Assembly (NCBI GenBank): GCA_951406725.2
Contig: OX597823.1
Coordinates: 46,872,001 to 46,936,000, forward strand
DNA: 64,000 nucleotides
From: Octopus vulgaris
Taxonomy: Eukaryota
Direction of reading: 5' to 3'
The notes below the pieces were generated by a model. It ran no database searches and had not been told where the DNA came from. It saw nothing but the letters and a program-made list of their open reading frames with translations. Position numbers and translations under genes: made by a program. Shown in pieces: positions 14,078 through 27,803 of this stretch (its first letter is position 1; each line of letters starts with the position of its first letter).

Positions 14078-16200
14078 AGACACTGGAATATAAAATATAT
14101 TAACTAGGACCCATGCATGAGAAAACAAGCACATCCACCACGGTACCCAAATGTGATGCGGAATGTGTATGAAATAATAAAGAGAGACGAGGCTAAAAAT
14201 ACTAATATGACTGAAGACAAACAAAACGAGAATGATTATGTTTTCATTGCTGGATGATATGAGGAAGAAATAGTCTAACACTGACACAGCAGTACTCAAG
14301 TTAATAGTTGCCATTAAAACACAAGGCAGAACCTATGCAACAATAATGTCAGAAAAAAAAGAAAAAATATGAATACAGAATGTGGTTGAATGAAATCAGA
14401 AATGCAAGAATGATGGTCAAATTCCATTATATACAAAGAGCGTGAGATATAATTTGGTTCCATCTGCATAACAAGGTTAGTTGTCGCCCATTTATCATAT
14501 CACATAGATGATTGCCATCCAGTTGCCCTGCATAACAAGATTTATATCTATAATTATATAAAATGCTATAATTCCTTTTTCCATGTTTTAGACAAAAATT
14601 AGGTACTAATGTACTGCATACGACTAATCGATTTATTTTCATTACCAAATTTTTCCACTCTTTAAATACAAACGTACGTACCTGTCAGTTTTCTATAGTC
14701 GCTTTATGATGATATGTATTTGAAATAGCGGAAAACTAGTATCATTAATAGAACACGATATTTCCTCCAAGACAGATTTTCTTTTCGCATTGCTAATATC
14801 TTAAATGTAGTGTGTATTAAACAGAAATGGTAGACGTAAAGGCTGATTGATAAATGAAACCATTGCAGAATTGCAAATATTAAAAAAATTATTTATTATA
14901 TATAAAATAATGAGCCATTGTATCTCATATGTAATGCACATTGTTTTCAAAAAACCAAAGTGATTCAATGTCGAAACAGCATATATTTCTATGAAAAGTT
15001 TCGTATCTATCCGAAGAACTATCTCTATGGGTCTGGCTATGAACTTTGTTGTCAATATTATGGCAAAAATTAATGAATACAGTACTTTCATGCAAGGAAT
15101 AGATATATATTTAGATATGTATATAAACATAGCCTCTTCAGTTCCCGAAAACAAAATGGGGGAATCAGAGGACCATATATACTCTGCAAGGATGTGCGGA
15201 TTCGTCATATTTGGAGGTGTTGTCACAACCGGTAAATGGGGGAAAAAATGCAACTTATGAAACAAACTTACAAAAGAAGTTTTAATTGAAAGCATTTCAT
15301 CAGCTTTGACCTTTTAACAAATTATTATTGAATGTTTATAATATTACCGTAGCAAGATGGGGAAAAAATGTATGAAATTAACCCTACATTTTAAATTATA
15401 ATTGTTTATTTGTAAATTATTTAAAAGTTGTTTTTGTGGAATAAATAGTAAACAATATTGTCCTTTCTTGAAAATATGTTCTTTTGATCTGTTAATTTAT
15501 TTTTTAAATCCAACTTCAACATTTGTATTTCAACTTGGTTGTTTATATAGCTCTGTAATTCATTATTTAATAAATTTCGATATAAAAAGACTTCAAGTGT
15601 AATAAATCCGTGTTATTTATTGAGAAAAAGTCACCTATGAGAAAAAATATACATATTAACTATACCAAATATTATTGCTAATATCAAAGAATATACTAAG
15701 GTTATCATTAAAATATCTAAAAAGTATTACAGCAGAGAAAAAATAGTTTCATGGTAAAATTTCTAATAAAACTTTAAAATTCAAAGAAATTGATTAATGT
15801 GCAAAACAAGAAATGAATATACGTTTCCAATTATGCATATAAAATACAGACAGACAAAGGTGTATAAAACTAATCAAGCTCTTTAAAAAATTATGACACG
15901 TGTAAATGTTACGTACATATATTGTAATAAATGACAGCAGTATTTTCTCTTTTTTACTGTGCAAAGGTAAAAATACCTACTCATCTATTTTGAGCTAACT
16001 ATGCCAGCATATCGCTTACTTTGTTGCGGTCTTTAATTCTCTTATTACGTCTGTCTGTCTAACTAACTAACTCACTAATTTTATTCACAAACACAGACAC
16101 AGACACACAGACACACACTTAGTTTATTACAAGAAATATTTGTCAACCTTGCTCTTTATCTACAAACACATATATGTATATATATGTGTGTATATATATA

Positions 16201-16244
<44 letters not shown>

Positions 16245-16263
16245 GAGAGATGGGGAGAGGGGG

Positions 16264-16351
<88 letters not shown>

Positions 16352-16489
16352 AAACTTATAGAAAATGGTATGACAGAAAATGGAATGAACGAAATTATTT
16401 ATCATTGCACTGCACGATGATTAGGTTTGCATAACATTCTATAAGGTTTTTACCTGAACTTTATTTAACTATTCACACGAGTAGTTACT

Positions 16490-16635
16490 GAACAGTTCCT
16501 GACTTCAAGAGTATCACGATAGGCCTGGCTGGAGGCCTAACCTTGCCGGTTCTTTTACAGTGCTTAGAAAACCTGAGGGACCGCAGCAATGTGTGAATCT
16601 GAAAAGGGGAATATGTTGAATAAAATCATAATTAA
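16490..16635 (+). mobile_element. Mariner transposase C-terminal remnant
   Basis: Reads with frameshifts as AWLEGL..FF..(G)LE.L.DR..CVNLKGEYVE*, the typical mariner C-terminus. Second copy at 20495-20640. Confidence 0.6.
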
Positions 16636-16716
16636 CTGATTGTCTTGTATTTTTTTTTTACTCAAAGCCAAGAACGTCTTGGCATACCCTAGTACATGAA
16701 TACATACACACATGTA

Positions 16717-17060
<344 letters not shown>

Positions 17061-17181
17061 AACTATATATATATATGAGTGTGTGTGTGTGTGTGTGTTT
17101 GTGTGTGTGTATGCATATATATAATATATGTATATATAATATATAATATATATATATATGTATATATAATATATATATAAT

Positions 17182-17218
<37 letters not shown>

Positions 17219-17667
17219 ATATATAAAATATATACATATATAAAATATGATATATATATATATGTATGATATATATATATATATATATATATAATATTCA
17301 TATATACAGAAAGGACACGGTGTTTTCTGTGTTATACGAAGAACCACTGCATCACTAATAGATTGGTTAGTTATCAACGGTCCTTATTCGAAATACTACA
17401 TCAATGTTTTGCATCTACACCTAGATATAAATTAGTGGGTATGGACAAACATATATTTGCAGAGGTCCTAGTCAGAAAAAAGAAACAGCATAAGAATTAA
17501 TTACCGAAGGTGAGGTGCATGAGCTAAATGGGACACGTTTTGGGCTGAATGACTTCAAGAAGCCTAAAGTTGCCGAACCGCTAATTTATGGGAATGTAAA
17601 CACACGAACATCGCTTCTTAAGCGATGGTGAGGGACAAACACATAAACACACACACACATACACACA

Positions 17668-17763
<96 letters not shown>

Positions 17764-18956
17764 TAAATAATAAGGGTGGAAATTGATATTAATCAATTAA
17801 AACCAGTGGCTTAGCATATTTAAAAAACCAAAGATTAAAAATTGTGTTACATACAAAATTAACACCAATGACCACTAAAGTGGACACCCAATATGCTAAA
17901 CATAGACGTCAAATTGCCATTACCGCGAAGAATGAGTTCTCAAGAAAAATCTCAGGAGAACGCCAAAATGTAAAAATGAGGAAGGCAAATGAAAATATAC
18001 CATACAAAAAGAAAAAAAAATAGGCGATACAAAAAAAGGGGTAACAAAACATTCAACAAGGACGGGTCATTCAAAGTTTTCTTTCCTCAGTCGAGTTCCA
18101 GATTATCTTTGCAATTTCAGCTGGTTATACTCGAGATTGCTCCAATCTGGTCAGCCTCAAAGAAAAAATAAGCTAAGAGCATTATATTCCTTGGAAGAAA
18201 GCAGCAAATGTATACGAAAACAAGGACGGAAAAAAATCAGAAATGTTACACAAATGCAAATGCAATTAACTGGATATAACAACAGGTGTCTTTCGACTAA
18301 GGACAACAAGTGTCTTTCGAGTGTGTGTGTGTGTGTGTGTGTGTAACATACATAAGAAGTAAATATTCAAATGAATATCCACAAAAATATATTTATTGTT
18401 ACTCTGATCAGCGGTAAATTTAAATAATAGATAACAGCAAGAAAAATATAGCCCGATTTCTGTTGGTCTCTTGTATATTTCATTGTAATCCGGTGGTTTT
18501 CTTGAGGATTTCGCTTCTATTTCCAGCAAGTAGGCGCATTATGCGCTCTGTGTTCTAATTATACTTAATTATGATTATGAATTATTATTCTCTAACTATT
18601 GAACGATATTATTACTTTCTACCACCTATATTTTTATTGGTGTTATTATCTACTATTTAAATTTACCGCTGATAATAATAATAATAATAGTAATAAAAAT
18701 ATCTATATAATATTCATTTACTTCTCATATATGTATTATACACTGAAGTCGTATAGAATTTGTGCGGGATGGTTAAGTAGCAACACACGCTCCAACGAGT
18801 TGAGTTCGTTTTTCTCATATGGTAACATTTACTGAAGAGAGTTAAAGCTCTCACTAGAACTCAAAATCCTGATATAAATATATCCAATTCATTCTACAGC
18901 TTTGGTCTGTGATGATATTGATGAATCGTTACTCACTAGCCCGATTTATAAATTTA

Positions 18957-19009
<53 letters not shown>

Positions 19010-19067
19010 TTTGGGATGGGTTCTTTATTGACTGAGTTATGAAATAGTGGTTCGTCTCTAAATTAGT

Positions 19068-19115
<48 letters not shown>

Positions 19116-19144
19116 GTATATATGTATGTATGTATGTATGTATA

Positions 19145-19300
19145 TTCTTTCTGCTCTAGGCACAAGGCCCGAAATTTGGGGGGAGGGAGCCAGTCGATTA
19201 GATCGAGCCCAGTGCGCAACTGATGCTTAATTTATCGACCCCGAAAGGATGAAAGGCAAAGTCGACCTCGGCGGAATTTGAACTCTCAACGTAAAGACAG
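19145..19300 (-). mobile_element. SINE family B, partial
   Basis: Core ttatcgaccccgaaaggatgaaaggcaaagtcgacctcggcgg. Confidence 0.85.
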
Positions 19301-19805
19301 ATGAAAGCTGTTGAATGTATATGGATAAAACCATCGTGCCTTTCCTTGATCTTATGAAACTTGCCAATGACCACCAAACTTCTGTATGGTCTGCTGGTAT
19401 TCCACCAAGACCGCATTTTATATCTCTTTTGTCGACCAAAAAAGAAATATTATCTATGTTCTGTTCGGAGATAGATTTATCATTTAACCGTCTTACATCT
19501 CGAAACCGGAGTTAAATATGGCCCTTAAAGTCCTCTTTAAGCTCAGCAAATACTATTATTTCATATACTTTTTTGTTGTTGCAGTTTTTGACTGAAAACT
19601 GACTTCTTTATAGGAACGGTTTTTAAAAAAAATAGCAGGAATGTAAATATATAAACATACGGAGATGTCCCAGAGCTTGGATATCTGCAGCAGATGAAAC
19701 ATTTTTTTCTGACACGAAAGCTGCCAATAAAACAGCATAGTATATCTGAGATTTCAGAGCTTACTTGTACCAGACAGACTGAAATAGCACACTGATAAAT
19801 TTCAT

Positions 19806-20254
19806 TGGTGGTGGTGGTGATGGTAACGGCGGCGGCGGCGGTGGTAGTGGTGGGTGGAGATTGTAGTAGTGAAGGTGGCAATAATGGTACTGGTGGTAGT
19901 CATTGCGGTGGTAGTGGTAGTGGTAATAAAAATATAAATTTCATAAGTATTAGTATTAGTAGAGGTTGTGGTGGTGGTATGGCGGCGGTTGCGATAGTAG
20001 TAACAGTTATGTGGTGTTGGTGTAGTAGTTGTAGTAGTAGTAGTAGTAGTAGCAGCAGCAGCAGTAGTGGTGGTGGTGGTGGTGGTGGTGGTGGAAACGG
20101 CGATGGTAGTTAGGAGTAGCAGTGATAGTGGTGTTGGTATAGTAGTAGTAGTAGTGGTGGTGGTGGTGGTGGTGGTGGTGGTGGTAGCAGCAGCAGGAAC
20201 AACTGTTGATGTAGATTTAGATATACTGTAGTAGCTTTGAAGGAGGTTGTCGTG

Positions 20255-20314
<60 letters not shown>

Positions 20315-20490
20315 ACAATATTCCGGAGAGCTTCGTGATGCTGGCGGCGATGTTAGTGGTGTAATAGATAGTGACGGTGGCGGAGATACGGTGATGGTGG
20401 CAGCGATGGTGAAGCTGGTGGTTATAATGGCGGTGGTACTTATGGTGATGGTGTTGGTGGTGATAGCAAGAATTATGATGATGGTGATTA
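19806..20490. repeat. Mosaic trinucleotide low-complexity tract (GGT/AGT/GCA)n
   Basis: Direct reading. Confidence 0.9.
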
Positions 20491-20494
20491 CGAA

Positions 20495-20640
20495 CTGAAA
20501 AGTTCCTAGCTTCAAGGGTGTCGCGAAAGGCATGGATGGAGGTTTAATATTCCGAGTTCTTTTACAGGGCTTAGAAAAACCTGAAGGACCGCTGCAATGT
20601 GTGAATCTGAGAGGGGAATATGTTGAATAAACTTATAATA
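20495..20640 (+). mobile_element. Mariner transposase C-terminal remnant
   Basis: EFF..GLEK.KDR..CVNLRGEYVE* with frameshifts. Similar to 16490-16635. Confidence 0.6.
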
Positions 20641-21043
20641 CCCACAAGGGGGTAAACATTGAGGGGACAAACAAGGACAAACAAAGAGATTAAGTCGATT
20701 ACATCGACCCAGTGCGTAACTGGTACTTAATTTATCGACCCCACCAGGATGAAAGGCAAAGTCGACCTCGACGGAATTTGAACTCAGAACATGGAGACAG
20801 ACGAAATACCTATTTCTTTGCTACCCACAAGGGGCTAAACACAGAGAGGACAAACAAGGACAAACAAACGGATTAAGTCGATTATATCGACCCCAGTGCG
20901 TAACTGGTACTTAATTTATCGACCCCGAAAGGATGAGAGGCAAAGTCGACCTCGGTGGAATTTGAACTCAGAACATAACGGCAGACGTAATACGGCTACG
21001 CATTTCGCCCGGCGTGCTAACGTGTCTGCCAGCTCGCCGCCTT
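20640..21043 (-). mobile_element. SINE family B, full copy plus tandem partial copy
   Basis: Head ggcggcgagctggcagacacgttagcacgcc; conserved core present twice; tail agccccttgtgggtagcaaagaaata. Confidence 0.9.
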
Positions 21044-21064
21044 AACACCCCCTCTTTGTTAGTT

Positions 21065-21598
21065 ACGATGGTGGTGATGGACTTTCTAATGCTCAGGATG
21101 GTGTGGATGGTGAATGTGGTGTCGGTGATAGTTGCGACAGAGTTGGTGATAATGGTGAAGAAGTTTCTGGTGACAGCGCTGGCGGTAGAGAGATTGGTAA
21201 TGCAATCAGCAATGGATAGAGAAGTTGTTGTTGGTGGGTGGTGGTGGTGGTGGTGGTGGTGATGTTGCTGTTGATGGTGTTGGTCATGATGCTCGTGATA
21301 GACATGATGACAAGGTTTTTGAACTGGCGATGGTGGTGCTCGTTAAGATAACGATGCTTATGACGATAGTAGTAGCAGTGGTGATGATGGCGATTACTTC
21401 GTTGGCGGTGGTGGCGACGGTGGCGATGATGTGAACTATGACAACGATAGTATTGTTGTTGCTGTTGTTGTTGTTGTTGTTGTTGATGATGGTGATGATG
21501 ATGATGGTGGTGGTGGTGGTGGTGGTGGTGATGATGACGATGATGATGATGATGATGATGATGACGACGACGACGATGATGATGATGATGATGATGAA

Positions 21599-21688
<90 letters not shown>

Positions 21689-21790
21689 AATGACGATGAT
21701 GATGATGATGATGATGATGTCAATGACGTTGATGGTGAAGGTGATGGAGCTGTTGGCCATGATTCTAGTGATGCTGAGATGATAATATTC
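21065..21790. repeat. Mosaic (GAT)n/(GGT)n/(GTT)n tract
   Basis: Direct reading. Confidence 0.9.
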
Positions 21791-22585
21791 GGAGGGGGTT
21801 GGAGGGTTGGGGGTTAGGTGGTGTTAAACTAAGCGAAACTATCAGATGAAACAATCAATCCCCTGTAGCCGAAAAGTGAAGACAGAATCTAGCGGAAAGG
21901 GCATTTGATATCGACTAGAGATACGGTGTATCAGACAATGTCTGTAGGATATAGAACGCAGAATTCCTGAAATAACTATCAAATATACATGTCTCTGTAT
22001 ATGTGTATCGGACTGTTCATATTATATCGTAATATGTAAAAAATATATATTACGTAAATAACATTCAAATATGTCTGCATATATATATATATATATATAT
22101 ATATACACGCGCGCGCACATATATATGCATACATATATACATATGTATAACTATGTATATGTATGTATGCATGTATGTGTGTGTGTGCATATATATATAT
22201 GTATATATATATATATATGCACGCTCACACATACGTATATACATATATATCGTGTGCTAGCTGGTTACCTTACTCTCTCCCTCTCCCTAACTATCTCCCT
22301 CTCCCTAGCTCTCTCCCTCTCTCTCTCTCACTCTCACTGTCATTCTATCTGTATGTATATATGTAAGTATGTATGTATGTATCTATATACCTACATGTAC
22401 ATATGTGTACGTGTGCATTTGTGAGTATATGTGTATATATATATGTATATATATATAGAGAGAGAGAGAGAGAAAGAGAAAGCGAGAGAGAAAAAGAGAG
22501 AAAGAAAGAGAGAGAAGGGGATTCCTATATGTATGCATACATGCATGTACATATATATATCTAGATACCTATTTATCTAATATCA

Positions 22586-22634
<49 letters not shown>

Positions 22635-23309
22635 TGTGTGTTATATTAAAAACATGACTATGTTTTACTGAAAACTTTGTTATTAATGTTTTTTTTTTCG
22701 TATCTGGTTATCAATCCCTTACAGTTCATATGGAACAATAAAATTCCCAAATATATTTTTAGCAATGTTTCCAGGCTTCTTCAGGATGCGCTGTGGTTTC
22801 CTTTCTGTGCTTCCCCTCTTATGCTTATACAGACTCTCTCGCCAAAATGTAACCGCTTGAGCGTAACAGCTCTCGTCGTTAGACTTTTATTGGGAACGTG
22901 TATGCTGTATGTTAGTTGTAGCCTTGTATTGCGATATTACGATTGTTTCTATAATCGATCGTCTAATTCTGCAGGACATTCAATAAAATATGTAAGTATT
23001 ATTTATTAATATATTCTTATCTTAGCTTTTTTTATATTGTATGTAGAAAGTTTGCTGCAATTACTTTCTGTTTTAAATGCATAGTATGCCTCCGAGAAAA
23101 TGTCGTACTTGTTTGGCCAATGTAACAGTTGGAAATGTGACTATTGCAACTTTCATTTTACAGTTAAATTCATAAATTACATCGATCATTCTTAGTTTGT
23201 TTTCAATTCTATATGCTTGCATTGTGTTGTTAATAACAAAGTTTTTTGTTCTTATATTATTTTCGTAAGACATAAGACGACGAGGGGGCAGATTCGCTAT
23301 CCAGTCAGA

Positions 23310-23575
23310 CAAAATGCTTTATGGAAAACCAGCAGTCTCCCATACATACCAGCCTCCCCTTTCCACGCTACCAATCTTATCCACCGGAAAGTCAAATGCG
23401 TATACAGCTTGGCACCAGTGACGTTGCAACCCATTTCTACAGCTGAGTGAAATGGAGCAATGTGAAATAAAGAGTCTTGCTCAAGAACAAAACACACAAC
23501 CCGATCTAGGAATTGAACACACGACCTCATGATTGTGAGCCCGATATTTTTATCACTGTGCCATGCAACTTCACA
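23310..23575 (-). mobile_element. tRNA-derived SINE family D with a CORE-like segment
   Basis: Minus strand ttgttcttgagcaagactctttatttcac after a tRNA-like head. Body matches 47595-47788. Confidence 0.75.
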
Positions 23576-23577
23576 AG

Positions 23578-23640
<63 letters not shown>

Positions 23641-23643
23641 ATG

Positions 23644-23674
<31 letters not shown>

Positions 23675-24600
23675 GTGTGTATGTGCCCGTAGTTACGCCG
23701 CACGTGACCATCGCCCATCTTTCTCTTCCTAACTTGAGCTTCTTTCTTTCCTTTTGATCTGCCACACAGATCAGACGCATTCTTGTCTGTCTCCTCTCAT
23801 CTCCTTTCTCCTGTCAAAGTTTGTTCCTCCAGCGTTCGCCACCTCACCTCGTTATGGCTTACCAGCCCTTAGTGCTTGTTTTCACTGTCCTGTTTTTGTT
23901 ACCAACTTTGAACCTCCGCAAATCCGTCGTTGTGTTGGTGGTGGTGGAGGAGGATGACGACGAAGTGATGGCAGTGTTGTGAAAATGCTGTGATAGTACT
24001 GGTTGTGATGTTGGCAGGGATACAGAGGTTCGTGTTAAAGTCGAGGTGATTTCGTGATATCAAAATGAATGGACAGAGAGAGAGAGAGAAGAATGACTGA
24101 AGAGGGTGACAGAGAGTGCATGAAAGAGATACAGGGGGAAAAGCCAGAGAGACTGGGGAGAGAGAGGAAAATATCGCAAAGAGAAGGATACGGTGTTAGA
24201 TTAAATTAGTAGAACGTATGTTACGTAAAGAGAGAGAAGGAATGATATGAAGGAAAAGAGTGCGAGAGGAAGAGAAAGACAGAGAATGTGCTGAAACTGC
24301 AGAGAAGGAGTGAACAGAAGAGAAAGCGATGGTATTGTTAAAATGGTGATACAAAACAGCAAGAAAACTATATAAAAACTGCGAATAATCACTTTTTCGG
24401 TTGTTACTGTCCAAGTCCAGGTCAGTCTTGATACACTGTTGTTTAAATGATGGTGCATGGCTTTCAAATACACACACACACACACACACACATACATACA
24501 TGCATATACGCATGCATGCATATATATATATATATATGTACATGTAGAGGTAGGTACGTACATATATGTTTATATATATGCATATGTTTTATTTCATTTA

Positions 24601-24655
<55 letters not shown>

Positions 24656-24889
24656 TGTGTGTGTGTGTGTGTGTGTGTTAGGTGTGGTGTACAGAAGTTA
24701 CATCGAAGTTACACAGTATAAACATGGACATATGCCCAAACATTCTCTCCAAAATTGAATGTTTAAAGGTAAAGCGGAGAATTTGCTTTATAATTGCAAA
24801 TGTAACTCATCTCTACAAATGTTCAGGTATATATATATATATATGTGTGTAGCATTGGGATATTCTAGCTTTGCGTATAAATATATACT

Positions 24890-25274
24890 CTCTTACTCTT
24901 TTACTTGTTTCAGTCATTTGACTGCGGCCATGCTGGAGCACCACCTTTAGTCGAGCAAATCGACCCCGTAAGCCCAGTACTTATTCCATCGGTCTCTTTT
25001 GCCGAACCACTAGGTGACGGGGACGTAAACACACCACCATCGGTTGTCAAGCAATGCTAGGGGAACAAACACAGACACACAAACGCATACACATATATAT
25101 ATACATATATACGACAGGCTTCTTTCAGTTTCCGTCTACCAAATCCACTCACAAGGCATTGGTCGGCCCAGGGCTATAGTAGAAGACACTTGCCCAAGAT
25201 GCCACGCAGTGGGACTGAACCCGGAACCATGTGGTTGGTTCGCAAGCTATTACCACACAGCCACTCCTGCGCCT
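24890..25274 (-). mobile_element. SINE family A, near full length
   Basis: Head, body and tail present. Confidence 0.9.
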
Positions 25275-25392
25275 ATGTATATATATACATAAATAAACTG
25301 TACTGGGAGAAGAAGAAGAAACGAAACGAAATGGAACGAATCGAATCGAATCGATGCGAAGGCGCTCAGTCATTATATATATATATATATAT

Positions 25393-25720
25393 ACAAGAAA
25401 AAAGCAACAAAAATGGATCAATATTTCGGTACAATTGTTTCGTACGAAGACCACCTTTATTAAGGCTGCAAATATTGCAGCAAATACACGTGACCCGTAC
25501 TCATCAGTACGGGTCACGTTATTTGCTGCAATATTTGCAGCCTTAATAAAGGTGGTCTTCGTACGAAACAATTGTACCGAAATATTGATCCATTTTTGTT
25601 GCTTTTTTCTTGTTTATAATCACCCCGCATTATCTTATGGTTAATACCATATAGATTTCTGGTGCATTTAAGTTCAGTACCTCATTCATGTGAATTCAAC
25701 AGAACTCACTTGAATCTTAA
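25393..25720. mobile_element. Fold-back element (about 108-bp arms, 4-nt loop, tail) beside (TA)n, containing an HHR core
   Basis: Arms 25393-25501 and 25506-25613 with one indel. Minus strand CTGATGA-GTACG...CGTAC-GAAA-CAATTG-TA. End of the tail is approximate. Confidence 0.85.
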
Positions 25721-26051
25721 TAGGGGAGACAGTACATTTTGTATTCTAAATCTAATTCAAAGCGGAGAAAAAGAAAGAAAGAGAAAAAAGGGGAAAAGAA
25801 GAGAAAAGAAGGGGGAGAAAGAGCGGAGACAGAGAAAGAAAGCAAAAGACTTTCAGTGATGACCACACCACACCTGTATTTTTCTTTTTTTTTAGAAGAG
25901 GTCACCATCCTTAAGCCCATTCCAATACAATAGTACATTACTAAATAAATAAATGAATGGTGAATAGGAAGGGGGATCCCCTTCTCTATCTCCCTCTCTC
26001 TACCTATCTATCCGTCTGACTATCTATCTATTATCCTATCTATATACCTAT

Positions 26052-26473
26052 CCGCCGAGGTCGACTTTGCCTTTCATCCTTTCGGGGTCGATAAATAAAA
26101 GTACCAGTTTCGCACTGGGGTCGATGTAATCGACTTAATCCCTTTGTCTGTCCTTGTTTGTCCTCTCTATGTTTAGCCCCTTGTGGGCAATAAAGAAATA
26201 TATATACCTATTTATATCTATCCAATCTATATACCTATTTTTTAGGCGGCGAGCTGGCAGAAACGTTAGCACGCCGGGCGAAATGCGTAGACGTATTTCG
26301 TCTGCCGTTACGTTCTAGGTTCAAATTCCGCCGAGGTCGACTTTGCCTTTCATCCTTTCGGGGTCGATAAATCAAGTACCAGTTACGCACTGAGGTCGAT
26401 GTAATCGACTTAATCCGTTTGTTTGTCCTTGTTTGTCCCCTCTATGTTTAGCCCCTTGTGGGTAGTAAGAAAT
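26052..26473 (+). mobile_element. SINE family B, partial copy (26052-26200) plus full copy (26245-26473)
   Basis: tRNA-like head; core gccgaggtcgactttgcctttcatcctttcggggtcgataaa, resembling conserved Meta/Nin-type SINE central domains. Confidence 0.9.
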
Positions 26474-26734
26474 ATATATACTTATTTATCTATCCATCAG
26501 CCTATCTGCCTACCTATATTTCTATCTATCTCCATTGTAATGGAACCTCACCCCAAAAAACAAAATCAATGTTCTCAAAACCCCACAAAAAACATGTTTT
26601 ATATAAATGAACAAGTTGTTTGTACATTCACAAAATTTTATTTGAGAAGCTCGAGAAACGAACGAAAGCGCTAATAATGATGAAGAAATAAAAAGATTTT
26701 TTCTAAAATTCTGACGACTCCAATATATATATAC

Positions 26735-26892
26735 AGACGCAGGAGTGGCTGCGTGGTAAGTAGCTTGCTTACCAATCACAAGGTTCCGGGTTCATTCCCA
26801 CTGCGTGGCACACACGTGCCTTCTACTATAGCCAGGTGCCGACCAAAGCCTTGTGAGAGGATTTGGTAGACGGAAACTGAAAGAAGCCCGTC

Positions 26893-26955
<63 letters not shown>

Positions 26956-27183
26956 TATATGTGTCTGTATATGTTTGTGTGTCTGTTTGTTCCCCCAATA
27001 CCGCTTGATAACCGATGTGTTTACGTCCCCGTAACTTAGCGGTTCAGCAAAAGAGACCGATAGAGTAAGTACTAGGCTTAGAAAGTATAAGTCCTGGGGT
27101 CGATTTGCTCGACTAAAGGCGGTGCTCCAGCATGGCCACAGTCAAATGACTGAAACAAATAAAAGAGTAAAAGAGTAAAGAGT
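26735..27183 (+). mobile_element. SINE family A, full length
   Basis: Head gcaggagtggctgcgtggtaag to tail aaaagagtaaaagagt. Confidence 0.9.
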
Positions 27184-27560
27184 ATATACGACGAGCTTCT
27201 TTCAATGTTTGTCAACTAAACCCACTCACAAGGCTTCGGTCGCCCCATGGCTCTAGTTTTAAAAAAAACAAGAAAGCAATTGTCGAGAGTGCCATGCAGT
27301 TAGACTAAGACCGAAACTATATACTTGGAAATCAAACTTCTTACCACACAGCCACCACGCCTGATTTGTGAGTTTTTGTCTCACTGGTCTTCGATAAATT
27401 TCGATAAGAGTGTTCGTTTATTTTTGCAACACATGCGTATTATTTCAGGTTGTTATTATGACATGCGTCATGGTACAGTCGTCATTGTTGTTGTTCTTGC
27501 TATTGTTGCTGTTACTGATAATTATTCTCTGCATATATATATATATATATATATAAATAT

Positions 27561-27719
27561 ACGACGGGCTTCTTTCAGTTTCCGTCTACCAAATCCTCTC
27601 ACAAGGCTTTGGTCGGCACCTGGCTATAGTAGAAGGCACGTGTGTGCCACGCAGTGGGAATGAACCCAAATCCTTGTGATTGGTAGCAAGCTACTTACCA
27701 CGCAGCCACTCCTGCGCCT
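27561..27719 (-). mobile_element. SINE family A 5' half; inverted twin of 26735-26893
   Basis: Shares private variants with the 26735 copy. Confidence 0.9.
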
Positions 27720-27803
27720 GTATATATATATAATTTTACTGTTAATTTTGCGTATATTGTAGGACACAAGTGTTTCCTAGTTCTCTGTTTTGCAGTTTTT
27801 ATT

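Noticed and set aside
15075-15146. Minus-strand CTGAAGA...GAAA-GTACT possible HHR
   Set aside because: Helix II does not close and the cleavage-site register needs an indel; too degenerate to call.
14801-15700. PLE GIY-YIG or RT coding remnant
   Set aside because: No convincing motif in the frames inspected; no autonomous PLE ORF was found in the window.
18055-18100. Minus-strand CTGAGGA-AAG..CTTT-GAAT
   Set aside because: GAAT instead of GAAA and no helix I complement.
18828-18856. CTGAAGA-GAG...CTC
   Set aside because: No GAAA, helix III or helix I.
19802-21817. Poly-T/Y/D/M/I ORFs, and similar ones at 55274-55791
   Set aside because: Trinucleotide tracts open in several frames on both strands with no coding context.
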